Translations under genes and position numbers: made by a program
NCBI GenBank assembly: GCA_963796105.1
Contig: CAWCKJ010000003.1
Coordinates: 576,001 to 640,000 of the forward strand
Direction: 5' to 3'
Source: a candidate division FCPU426 bacterium
Lineage (GTDB): Bacteria; Oederibacteriota; Muellerivitia; Muellerivitales; Muellerivitaceae
DNA: 64,000 nt
Part shown: in pieces, positions 37,148 through 46,507 of the stretch
How the letters are laid out: every line of letters starts with the position of its first letter
Position numbering within the stretch: position 1 is the first letter of the stretch
Notes under the pieces: generated by a model
Databases searched by the model: none
The model's input: the letters and a program-made list of their open reading frames with translations, nothing else
What the model was told of the DNA's origin: nothing

Positions 37148-39157
37148 TCACTTTCTTATGAGTGTTGCGGCTTCAATACTCTTCAAATTGGCCAGAGTTT
37201 CCTTATTTTCGGGATCCAAGTCCAAGACTCTCTTGTAAAGCCCGACGGCGTCCTGGGCGCGGCCCGACATTACCAGGCAATTCGCGTCATCCACCAGGGC
37301 CGGAACGCAAGTAGGATAATCCAATACCAATTTTTGATATATAGCCAAAGCTTCCGAATATTTTTTCTGATCCGCCAGTTTTCTGGCCGATTGATATTCA
37401 GGAAGCTTGAAGATTAAAACAGGATCAAGGCTGACGGCCCTTTTCATTTCCGCCGAGGCGTCCTCCTGACGGTTCAATTTTTCGAGGACCTGAGCCTTTT
37501 TGAAATGAAGCAGGACATAATCCGGGGAATACTTACCCACGGCCTGGTAATCCGCTAAAGCCAGCTCCAAATCGCCCGGCTGTCCCCAATCCGCGTAGGC
37601 TGAGCCCCTGAAATAAAGAGCGGTCAGGTTTTGCGGTTCAAGCGTGAGAACCTGGTTGTAGGACCAAATAGCGTCCTCCCATTTCCCGGCTTCCGAAAGA
37701 TTTTCCGCGGTTTTCAGCTCCACATCCGCGGCCTGGCACTGGAAAGACCTTGATAATTGCATCAGGGAAAGAAGCGCGATAATGGCCGCGAAAGGCAAAA
37801 CAAAGACTTTCCATTTCCCGATGTCGAATAACCGGCAGCGGATCGGAAAGCCTTCCAGGTGGTAAAACCTCTGGGACAATCCCACCGGCATGGCGGCGAA
37901 GAATAGCAATGGAACCAGGGTGGAAGGAAGAAAGCAATTCAGGTCGAACAAGTTGTCAACGCCCACCCCCGTGAATAGCGCGAAGGCCCCTGCTCCCAGG
38001 GCCCTGGGAATGGCCCTGGCCGAGTAAAGCCTCCACCATTGGGAAAGAACGAACCATATGAACAGCAGGAGCAGAACCAGGCCCACCACGCCTGTCTCAG
38101 CCGTCCATTCCAGAACCCAGTTATGCGCGTGGTTGACCTCGTAGCTTCTTTCTGTCTGCCACATCATGAGCGAAAGGGGACGGTAAGTGGGAAAAGCCGC
38201 GCTGAAAGCCCCGAATCCAACCCCCGTGATCGGATGATCCTTGATCATTTCCAATGTCCCCTTCCAAACTTCCTTCCGAAACTTGAGGGATTGGACTTGG
38301 GGGTTGTTAAATTCAACAGCCAGGCGGTGAGCAGATACCGCCAAGAGGCCGACAAGGCACAAGGCCCCGAGTATTAAATATTTTGTGTTTTTCCTTAATT
38401 TCTCCTGATCCATTCCTTTGAACAAAAATAGGAAAAGGAACACAAGAAGTCCGGCGTAAAAGCCAACCATTCCCGCTTTGCTCCCCGTCCAAATCAAGGC
38501 CAGGAAACTAACAAGGGCCAGGGAGAGCCAAAGGATCTTGGTACTGGGTTGGGCGGCCTTAAAATACAAAGCCAGGGAGATGGGCCAAACCATCAACAGA
38601 TAACCAGCCAGGAAGTCCGGATTTCCCATCCCGGCAATCACCCTTCCCTGGAATTGGTCCTGGACCACTTTCACCCAGGCTCCTCCGCCTGCGCCAAACG
38701 CTTGCGAAAGGGCCCAAAGGGCCGTCACCAGGGCGCTCACCAGAAAAACGATGAGGATGTTCTCGGCCTTCCAAAGCTCAAAACAAACCAGCGTCGCCAC
38801 GAGATACCAGACAGTAAAGCAAGCCCCGTCCATCAGGGAAATCCAACCCAGCTTGGAATAGGGGGAGAGATAAACGGAAAGGGCCAACCAGGCCGCCACG
38901 GCCAGAAGGGGCAAAAGAGCGTTGGACCAGACCAAAACCGTCCGGCCGGTCAAGGATACTTTCAAGACCCAGGCCGTCAAGATGAGGGCCACCATTACTT
39001 GCGTGAGGGCCAGCTTGGGGTGGATGGGGTCGGCGCCCTCGATTTGGGTGAGAAAAGGAAGAATGGCGATGAAAAGAACCGAGAGGAAGATGGGCGCCCG
39101 GTCCAGGGCCAGGGCCCATCCGTTCACCCGCGTCACTGGTTGTTGGTTTTGTTCCAT
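37148..39157 (-). CDS. O-antigen ligase/polymerase-like (Wzy_C) membrane protein with C-terminal TPRs
   Basis: GNPDFLAGYL, TGSKAG, HPITGVGFGAF and HAHN..LE motifs; TPRs. Confidence 0.88.
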   Translation of the reverse strand: MEQNQQPVTRVNGWALALDRAPIFLSVLFIAILPFLTQIEGADPIHPKLALTQVMVALILTAWVLKVSLTGRTVLVWSNALLPLLAVAAWLALSVYLSPYSKLGWISLMDGACFTVWYLVATLVCFELWKAENILIVFLVSALVTALWALSQAFGAGGGAWVKVVQDQFQGRVIAGMGNPDFLAGYLLMVWPISLALYFKAAQPSTKILWLSLALVSFLALIWTGSKAGMVGFYAGLLVFLFLFLFKGMDQEKLRKNTKYLILGALCLVGLLAVSAHRLAVEFNNPQVQSLKFRKEVWKGTLEMIKDHPITGVGFGAFSAAFPTYRPLSLMMWQTERSYEVNHAHNWVLEWTAETGVVGLVLLLLFIWFVLSQWWRLYSARAIPRALGAGAFALFTGVGVDNLFDLNCFLPSTLVPLLFFAAMPVGLSQRFYHLEGFPIRCRLFDIGKWKVFVLPFAAIIALLSLMQLSRSFQCQAADVELKTAENLSEAGKWEDAIWSYNQVLTLEPQNLTALYFRGSAYADWGQPGDLELALADYQAVGKYSPDYVLLHFKKAQVLEKLNRQEDASAEMKRAVSLDPVLIFKLPEYQSARKLADQKKYSEALAIYQKLVLDYPTCVPALVDDANCLVMSGRAQDAVGLYKRVLDLDPENKETLANLKSIEAATLIRK

Positions 39158-39340
39158 GGTTTCTCCGAGGGGAACATTTTAACCGCAATTCGGAAAAACG
39201 GAGACAAAACACGGCATTTCACCACAGGGGCACGGAGACACAGCTAAGCACAAATATTTTTTTATTGATTTTTTCAGAGGAACGTTAAATCACAGAGATA
39301 ATAAAAAATCGGATATGTCAAAGTTTATTTTTTAGGCCGT

Positions 39341-40372
39341 TTAAACGAACTCGACGCCTTTTTTACCCTTGATGACTTCCCCGACCAGGCGGGGATAAGC
39401 GCCATTCTTGCGGAGCTTTTTCATGGCCTTTTCGGCCTTTTTGGCGCTGACGATCAAGACCATCCCTAAACCCATGTTGAAGGTCCGGTAGGCGTCCTCT
39501 TTGGGCACATTCCCCTTCTTGATCAGCCATTCCATGATCGGCAGAACTTTCCAGGACCCTTCCTTGAAGCGGATCCGGCAGCCCTCCGGCAAAACTCTCG
39601 GCGGATTGTCGATCAGGCCGCCGCCGGTGATATGGGCCATGGCCTTGATATTCACCTCAGAAAGGGCTGGGTAGATTTCCCGGAAATAGGATTTGTGGGG
39701 TATCAACAGAAGGTCGCCAATGACACCCTTGAGTTCCGGCACCCGGTCGGTAAATTTCAGGCCGGCTATTTCGGTCACGATTTTCCGGGCCAGGGAGTAG
39801 CCGTTCGTGTGCAGAGACACCGAAGGAAGCCCGATGCAAACGTCGCCGGGCTTCACCTCTTCGCCCCGGATGATATTCTTTTTATCGACAACCCCCACGA
39901 TGGTTCCGGCGATGTCGTAGTCCCCTTCCTTATACACCGAGGGCATCTCAGCCGTTTCCCCGCCAATCAGGGCCATTCCCGCCTTTTGACACTCTTCCGC
40001 CATACCGGACACAATTTCTGCCACCACCGAGGGGTTTAATTTTCCCGCCGCGATGTAATCCAGGAAAAACAGGGGCTTGGCGCCTTGCACTAAAATGTCG
40101 TTGATGGAATGGCCCACCATATCACGGCCCAGGTTCCGGTATTTTCCCATGGATACGCCGATCAGCGTCTTGGTGCCGACCCCATCCGTGGAAGCCACCA
40201 ATACGGGCTTCTTGTATTCTTTGGATTTGAACTCATAAAGCCCGCCGAACAGGCCGATATCGGAAAGAACCGAGGCGTTGAAGGTTCTCTTAACGAGGCC
40301 CTTGATCCGCCGGACGGTTTCGTTACCCTTCTCGATATTGACCCCCGCGTCTTTGTAACTGACTTGTCCCAA
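39341..40372 (-). CDS. purM: AIR synthetase
   Basis: YKDAGV, DGVGTK, GGETAEMP and HITGGG motifs. Confidence 0.98.
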   Translation of the reverse strand: MGQVSYKDAGVNIEKGNETVRRIKGLVKRTFNASVLSDIGLFGGLYEFKSKEYKKPVLVASTDGVGTKTLIGVSMGKYRNLGRDMVGHSINDILVQGAKPLFFLDYIAAGKLNPSVVAEIVSGMAEECQKAGMALIGGETAEMPSVYKEGDYDIAGTIVGVVDKKNIIRGEEVKPGDVCIGLPSVSLHTNGYSLARKIVTEIAGLKFTDRVPELKGVIGDLLLIPHKSYFREIYPALSEVNIKAMAHITGGGLIDNPPRVLPEGCRIRFKEGSWKVLPIMEWLIKKGNVPKEDAYRTFNMGLGMVLIVSAKKAEKAMKKLRKNGAYPRLVGEVIKGKKGVEFV

Positions 40373-40447
40373 TTGATTTCTCCGATTTCAGGTTGAGGAA
40401 GTGGTTATTTTGACCTGCCCCCGATGAATTTTCCATCTATTTGGTGA

Positions 40448-40684
40448 TTATACCGTCCGGTCAAACCCTGTTAAATTCTCAGGCGGTTCGGGTGAGGGCT
40501 CTTGGATTTTAGGTTTATTTCCACCGCCGTTCGAATATTCGTCCAGTTCCCTGCGTTCATGGTTCAAGAGATTGAATAAATAGCGGGAGTATTGGGTAAA
40601 ACGCCTGCGGCGCGCCCCGACGATGCTTGCGGGCGCGGAGGAAGTAACAGGATCCACCGGGGGAAACGGATCATCATCCTGCAT
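40448..40684 (-). CDS. small hypothetical protein, paralog of 44633-44872
   Basis: GAGGT RBS; DPFPPVDPV N-terminus and GFDRTV C-terminus shared with the paralog. Confidence 0.55.
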   Translation of the reverse strand: MQDDDPFPPVDPVTSSAPASIVGARRRRFTQYSRYLFNLLNHERRELDEYSNGGGNKPKIQEPSPEPPENLTGFDRTV

Positions 40685-40913
40685 CGAATGACCTCGAATT
40701 GAAATTCAGCGGCTTGGTCAGTTACATCTACAAAGTAAACCCTTTCTGCCCTAAAATCAAACCCTTGCCAAAGAAATCCTTTTTCCACAGGGACACAGAG
40801 GCACAGTAATACAATAAAAAACAAAAAGTTTTACTTTTCTATATTCTAGGGATTCAATAGTCAAAATTTAGTTTATTGACCTTAATTTTCTTTGGAGATT
40901 GAATTTTTAATCC

Positions 40914-42256
40914 ATGAAAAAAACCACAATAGTTATTCTGTTTTGCGGTGTTGTTTTTGGCCTTTGGTCTTTATCCCACGGCCAAACCCCGAGGGAAACC
41001 CCCTCCAAGGACGTTTCGCCGCTGCGCAAGTACGCCTATGGAAAGTCCGGGGAATGGCTTTACGAGAGCCTGCAAACCCTTCGGCTCCCGAAAACAAGGC
41101 CCTTGAAACTGACCGAAAGGAAACTCAACCTTCCGGTGGATTGGAGCCTCCAGGGCAAGGAAAACCAGGAGGTTTTTCCCCTCTCCAACCTCCGAGCGGT
41201 GGATTACAAAGACAAATCCAAGTCCGCGACAGCCTTCTTTGCCGGGTTCCGCGTAAAATATTACGCGAATGGAGGCAGTCTCTTTGACCAGTACGAAACC
41301 CAACTCAAGATTTCCAAACACCTGACAAACGGGCAGAAAAATATAATCCTGGGCCAAGAACCTCAAACGAGGAACCGCTCGATTGTTTTTTACCTGGCCT
41401 TCAAGAGAAGCCAGGTTCAGATTGTCTATTATCCCGGGAAAATTCTGTTCAAGGGCGGGGACCGGAACCATATGGAAAAATGGCTTCCCGCGGTGCCCGA
41501 GAAGATGAAAAACGGTTTGAGGAGGGATTACGCCCTTGTCCAGGATTCCCACGGCCTTCTCGGCCTATTCAACGGGACTTTTGAAAGGGTTGACAACTTC
41601 CTGAGGTGGAATGAACCGGGCGGGGCCAGGAAGTACGGCGGTTTGTGCTACGATTTCACCACCCTGGAGGAACCCCAGGAGGAAATGGCCACCTTTGCCA
41701 TATACAAGAAAGGAAGGGTGGCCTTGGGAACCTATAAGAGCCTTCCCCAGAAACAAGATATCCGAACTTTCGTGCAAAACCGATTTATGGTCATCGAAAA
41801 CGGAAAACCCGCCAGGGACGCTGATCCCGATTCCTTCTGCGAGTTCCACGACAATATCGCGCGTTCCTACCTATTCACGGATAAATACGGCCGAATCGGT
41901 TACATCTGGACCCTTTACACACCGCCGAACGTCCTAGCCCCCATCGCGCTGAAAATGGGCGTGGAAAACATGATGCTTTTGGACATTCACGCTCCCGTGA
42001 GCTGCTCCATCGCCGACCCGACGGGACCCCTGTTTTTTCATCCTGGCGGGACTACATGAAAAGATCCTTCGACCTGGTACCGAACTTCTTCAAGCTCTCC
42101 CCATTGAAATCCTCAATCGCGTGGTTGTCCGAGGCATTGCAGAGCCGGATCCAGACTCATTATTCCAAGGAAGCCTTCGAGCTGGGAACCGAGGCCTATT
42201 TCGGGGTTTTTATGCGGGGTTCTCCCGAGGCAAAAAGAGTCCGGGAGGTTCGATAA
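40914..42256 (+). pseudogene. exported phosphodiester-glycosidase (DUF2233/NAGPA)-like protein, split by an apparent frameshift
   Basis: Signal peptide; FNGTF, ATFAIY..G, ARSYL and MLLD motifs. ORFs 40914-42059 and 42056-42256 join if the T6 run at 42033-42038 gains one T. Confidence 0.5.
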
Positions 42257-42276
42257 CCCAACCGTTGGTTTATTCT

Positions 42277-43599
42277 TCAGGACAGCTTATCAAGCCTGGA
42301 GCGCACGTAAGCGACGGTTTCCTTCAAGCTGTAGAGCATCGGGATGAAGTTGCTGGAAACCCGTACCCGGTTGACCCTGTCTTCCAAATGCTTCATACGG
42401 GCCAAAATATCCTCACCAGGCGGCTTACCACCCAGCTTGTCAATCTCCCTCTCCAACCAATGAAGCTCGCCGTAAAGCAGGAAAATTTTTCTCTGCATTC
42501 TCCATCCGTAGAGGGACGCCAAACCTTTGCCCAGGGGATAAAGCAGGCCAATCACCGGCAGAAGAAGGACCACCGCTTGTTCCACCAGCGCCGCGAGCCA
42601 GAAAGGCATGTAACGCTGCAGGAAAGGCCGTCCGGACTTGTAGAAATGCCTCGCGTCATTGCTCAACTCGATCTCGAGGGCTTCCGGCGCCGGAAACTCC
42701 CCGGCTTTTTGGAAAACCCCGGCGTGTGAATGGATCTGCGAGGCGGTTTCCAGCAATAAATACTGAAGGGCCGGATGCAGGTCACCCCGCACAATGAGGC
42801 TGGTTTTCGTGGCAAGCAAGGCCGTGTCACGGGGAGGCAGATCGTTTTCCAAATCCCCGATTCCCGCCGGAAGGACCCTCTTGTATAAGGCGGGAAAGAG
42901 CGCCACATAAGCGTCGGCCCGGCCAAAGCTGGCCAAATCGATCCCCTCGGTCGTTATCAACTGCCGGATAATCGGGGAACCCCAATTCAGCATGAGAACC
43001 GCGGCGTCAATCTTCCCCTTGAGCAATTGCGAGGTGGCCTCCTCCGGGGAAAGGTTCAGTTCGTGAAACGATCCGATATCCAGGGCGTTTCGTTTCAAAA
43101 GCTCATCCATTAATGCGCGGGAATCGCTCCCCTCCGGCCCGACCGAAACTCGTTTTCCCCGGAAGGCGAACAAACCTAAATCAGATGTAACTTTGCGGGA
43201 GAAGAACCATACAGGTTCATACCCCAGAGTACCCAGGGAAACGAGAGCGGGGGAGTCAGTGTCGGAAGCCACTCCTCCTTCCACGAAACCCAATTGGACC
43301 CCCGAATGAGAATCACGAAGAAGCTTGAGGTTCTCCACCCCTCCTGCGGTAGGCCGCAGGATCAAGTCAATCCCCTCTTTCGCCAGCAATATCTTGTAGT
43401 GTTTTCCCCACCAGGCATAAGAGCTTCCTTCCGGACCTGTGGCCATGGTGATAGTGCGGGGAGGGAGCGGATGAATCGCGGAGAAAAGCCAAAAGATGGC
43501 GGCTATGATGACCAACGCGAAAATGATAACAGTCTTCACTATTTTCCTTGGGGGAATAGGCCGTAACCCATCAAGATTATGGACCGGTTTGTTCACCAT
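42277..43599 (-). CDS. TAXI-family TRAP solute-binding-like protein with C-terminal TM extension
   Basis: MATGPEGSSY, TAGGVENL, GKRVSVGPEGS and RYMPFWLA motifs. Confidence 0.8.
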   Translation of the reverse strand: MVNKPVHNLDGLRPIPPRKIVKTVIIFALVIIAAIFWLFSAIHPLPPRTITMATGPEGSSYAWWGKHYKILLAKEGIDLILRPTAGGVENLKLLRDSHSGVQLGFVEGGVASDTDSPALVSLGTLGYEPVWFFSRKVTSDLGLFAFRGKRVSVGPEGSDSRALMDELLKRNALDIGSFHELNLSPEEATSQLLKGKIDAAVLMLNWGSPIIRQLITTEGIDLASFGRADAYVALFPALYKRVLPAGIGDLENDLPPRDTALLATKTSLIVRGDLHPALQYLLLETASQIHSHAGVFQKAGEFPAPEALEIELSNDARHFYKSGRPFLQRYMPFWLAALVEQAVVLLLPVIGLLYPLGKGLASLYGWRMQRKIFLLYGELHWLEREIDKLGGKPPGEDILARMKHLEDRVNRVRVSSNFIPMLYSLKETVAYVRSRLDKLS

Positions 43600-43696
43600 G
43601 CAGCGCTCCTTTTGAGGCCTTCAAATTCCGCATTTCGTAAAATCAGTTCCAGTCAATCACCAATATTTATAAATATAATCGGAAGGTCAAGCCTCT

Positions 43697-44311
43697 TTAT
43701 TTCGGGGGAAATGAATGCGTGACCGTGATAAGCCCAGGATACTCCAACGCTTGACCCGCGATGGTCATATAAGGCTTTACCTGGAGTGTCACCTTGGTGG
43801 GGGCGGAACCCTCTCCCGCAATGCCCATGGCTAGGTTGACCATCGAGTCCAAATTGTTCCCCGAGAGCGCCTTGACCAGGTCGAGGGAGATGTCCAGGGG
43901 AAGAGCGCTGATTCCCCCATTGGGCGCGATCTCAACCGCCTTCTCCATGGTTCCGTTCGTCAACTGGTTACCGTCCACGAGAAGCACCCACTCCATTTTG
44001 CTCAAGCCAGCGGGAGAAGCGTTCGGGTTCTGGACCTCCAGATTGACCGTAAACTGGAGCGGCAGGGACCCCGCCGAAAAGGCCTCCTGGAGCTTGAGCA
44101 GGTTCAAGGCGCTGATATCGGAAATGCTGTCCCCCTGGAGAACGATTCCAGCCAACGAGGCTTTATCCACCGAGGCCAGCCTGAATTGGCACTTGGTGAA
44201 TGTCGTCATTTCGTTCACCTGTTTCATCACTTCCGAGCAACCGGAAATAACAAAAGCGCCTAAAGTCATTAAGCCTATTAAACCCATCCTTCCCCTTCTC
44301 GAAATTCTCAT
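43697..44311 (-). CDS. LEA_2-like lipoprotein
   Basis: Lipobox ISGC; VQNPN motif. Confidence 0.75.
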   Translation of the reverse strand: MRISRRGRMGLIGLMTLGAFVISGCSEVMKQVNEMTTFTKCQFRLASVDKASLAGIVLQGDSISDISALNLLKLQEAFSAGSLPLQFTVNLEVQNPNASPAGLSKMEWVLLVDGNQLTNGTMEKAVEIAPNGGISALPLDISLDLVKALSGNNLDSMVNLAMGIAGEGSAPTKVTLQVKPYMTIAGQALEYPGLITVTHSFPPK

Positions 44312-44324
44312 GGATTTTCCTCTT

Positions 44325-44597
44325 TCAAAGTTCTTGTTTTTGAGAGTCCATCAAATAAGCGCCGCTCCTTTTCCCGCTAAACGGCCTTTCACAATCCCAG
44401 CAAAAAAGATCCTCCCCCTCAATCGAACAACCGCCCGAAATGATGAGTTTATCGTTCTGAAGACCCGCATAATGATCCGGAAGCTGTGAAGTCATATGGC
44501 CATAGACAATCAAAGCCAATTTTTCACCCTTGCAACGTGGGCAAGTCTCGGTTTTTAAATATTCCCTGATATCCTTTTCATTCACAGGTCTATTCAT
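44325..44597 (-). CDS. small zinc-ribbon hypothetical protein
   Basis: CPRC...IVYG...GGC...CWDC. Confidence 0.65.
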   Translation of the reverse strand: MNRPVNEKDIREYLKTETCPRCKGEKLALIVYGHMTSQLPDHYAGLQNDKLIISGGCSIEGEDLFCWDCERPFSGKRSGAYLMDSQKQEL

Positions 44598-44632
44598 CCT
44601 CTTTCTCCAAACAGGCTTGATTAAATATCAAA

Positions 44633-44872
44633 TCAGGCCTGGGTGTCAAATCCGGAAGAGGGGCCGTCCCCCCTCGAGCCAGGGGGACGATCGGACCGGT
44701 TCCCTTCCTTTTGCTTTCGTTCCCTCCTCATTTTCCGCCTCCGCAGGATCATTTGGTATCGAAGGTACCTCGCCAAGGGCCGCAGGGGTCGTAGGACGAA
44801 ATCCCTCGCGTTTCGGTTGGGATCCGAACCCGCGACGGGATCAAGGGGAGGTATAGGATCTTCATGGGGCAA
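44633..44872 (-). CDS. small hypothetical protein, paralog of 40448-40684
   Basis: GAGGTG RBS with TTG start; DPIPPLDPV N-terminus and GFDTQA C-terminus. Confidence 0.55.
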   Translation of the reverse strand: MPHEDPIPPLDPVAGSDPNRNARDFVLRPLRPLARYLRYQMILRRRKMRRERKQKEGNRSDRPPGSRGDGPSSGFDTQA

Positions 44873-45029
44873 GCAGCACCTCGCAGTTCTTCTTTTGTCA
44901 TCATCCCATTCGCCCTATTGTATCAAATGTTCATTGTCCCCAGAATTTATACTCAAGCATTCTGTCCGGAACATGATTTTCCTCCATTTACAAAAATCGC
45001 CACGGGGTCTAAATTAACCCAACGTCAAA

Positions 45030-46316
45030 TTGGACATTTCCGGAGAAACAAACTTGGTAGAAAAAAATCTCAACTTGAAATGGACGGTCATCTATCTGAT
45101 TGTCTGTTCCATTCCCCTTTTTGCTTTTTTCTTTTCCGTCCAGATGACCGGAATCATTCACCACCGGGTAGTGGGCAATTACCTGGTTTACGCCCCGGAT
45201 TTGTGCCTTCTTTTGGTGGCCATCCTGGGCTGGCAGATCAACCAAACCCGGGTGTTTTGGGCTTCCCTGGCCCTATTAGGGCTTTATCATTACCTCCTCC
45301 AGCCCACCTCTTTATTCACTCTGGAGGCAAACAGGCTCAAATCATTCGATATCACCGCTGTGGCTTTCCCCCTTTTCCTGGCCATTCTTTTTTCCATCAA
45401 GGAAAGCAAGCTTTTCAGCGACCAAACCTTGACCCGCGTCCTCCTCTCCCTCTGCCCCTTCATCTTCTTGTCCGCCCTGTACGGATGGGCCCCTGACATT
45501 CCACAAAAAGTTTTTTTCTGGAATATCCTTTCAACCAAGTTCTCGGCTTGGCCGGATATCACCCTCCTTTCCATGGCCATCCTTGGCTTGGCCGCCTTCA
45601 TCCTGGACGATGCCAAGATCAAGCCATTCCTTTCAGCCATCCTGACCACCTTAATCCCGTTGTATCTGGCCCTCTACGCCAGCCTTGTCCCGTCCGCCGT
45701 CACCCCGAGGGGCGACGCCCCTTTCCATGTGATTCTTTCCATGACCGCCCTCTCCGGGATCCTGCTCCATTCCATCCTTCACACCTATTGGCGGCGCGTG
45801 TACCACGACGCCTTGACCGGCATCCCGAATCGCCAGGCCCTGGATGAGAGGCTCCACACCTTGAGCGGAACCTTCGCCCTGGCCATGGTGGACATCGACC
45901 ATTTCAAGAATTTCAACGATACCTTTGGCCATGAGGAGGGGGATAACGTACTGAGGATGGTGGCCCAACACCTCCAAAGCCATCTGGGGTCCAAGGCTTT
46001 CCGCTATGGAGGGGAGGAATTTTGCGTGGTTTTCGAGGGGGAAGAAACTGCCGACGCCGAAAAACTACTGGAGGAAACCCGGGAGGGACTGGAAAACAGG
46101 AAGTTCACGATCCGAGCCCGGCGGCGGCGCAAGGGAGAAAGCGAGAGGGCTTTCAAGGCCAGGGATGGAGGAACGTCGGTCAAGATCACCGTCAGCGTGG
46201 GGGTCGCGACGGCCGGAGCCAAAGCCTCGTCCTCACACCAGGTCATAAAAAAGGCCGACCAGGCCCTTTACCAGGCCAAGGACAGGGGACGCAACCGCGT
46301 TGTCCTGGCGGAATAA
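45030..46316 (+). CDS. membrane-bound diguanylate cyclase
   Basis: Multiple TMs; DALTG, DIDHFKNFND and RYGGEEF motifs. Confidence 0.93.
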   Translation: MDISGETNLVEKNLNLKWTVIYLIVCSIPLFAFFFSVQMTGIIHHRVVGNYLVYAPDLCLLLVAILGWQINQTRVFWASLALLGLYHYLLQPTSLFTLEANRLKSFDITAVAFPLFLAILFSIKESKLFSDQTLTRVLLSLCPFIFLSALYGWAPDIPQKVFFWNILSTKFSAWPDITLLSMAILGLAAFILDDAKIKPFLSAILTTLIPLYLALYASLVPSAVTPRGDAPFHVILSMTALSGILLHSILHTYWRRVYHDALTGIPNRQALDERLHTLSGTFALAMVDIDHFKNFNDTFGHEEGDNVLRMVAQHLQSHLGSKAFRYGGEEFCVVFEGEETADAEKLLEETREGLENRKFTIRARRRRKGESERAFKARDGGTSVKITVSVGVATAGAKASSSHQVIKKADQALYQAKDRGRNRVVLAE

Positions 46317-46321
46317 CCTAG

Positions 46322-46451
46322 CGGGGTGCTGAAAAAGCTCCCAAAACGGACTTTTTCAGCTGACGACAACAGTGGAAACCCCACGATTCCTCCGGAATCT
46401 TTGGGGTCGCAGGCTGCTTTGTGGGCCTATTTTTACTTTTTCAGCAGCCTG
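46322..46451. mobile_element. 130-bp MITE-like element, copy 2 (inverted relative to copy 1)
   Basis: Reverse complement of 5765-5894; flanked by CTAG and ATAG. Confidence 0.8.
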
Positions 46452-46507
46452 ATAGGCTTAACAATATTTTCCGGGTAATTCTCAAGAGCCCTTAAACCTT
46501 ATAGACA

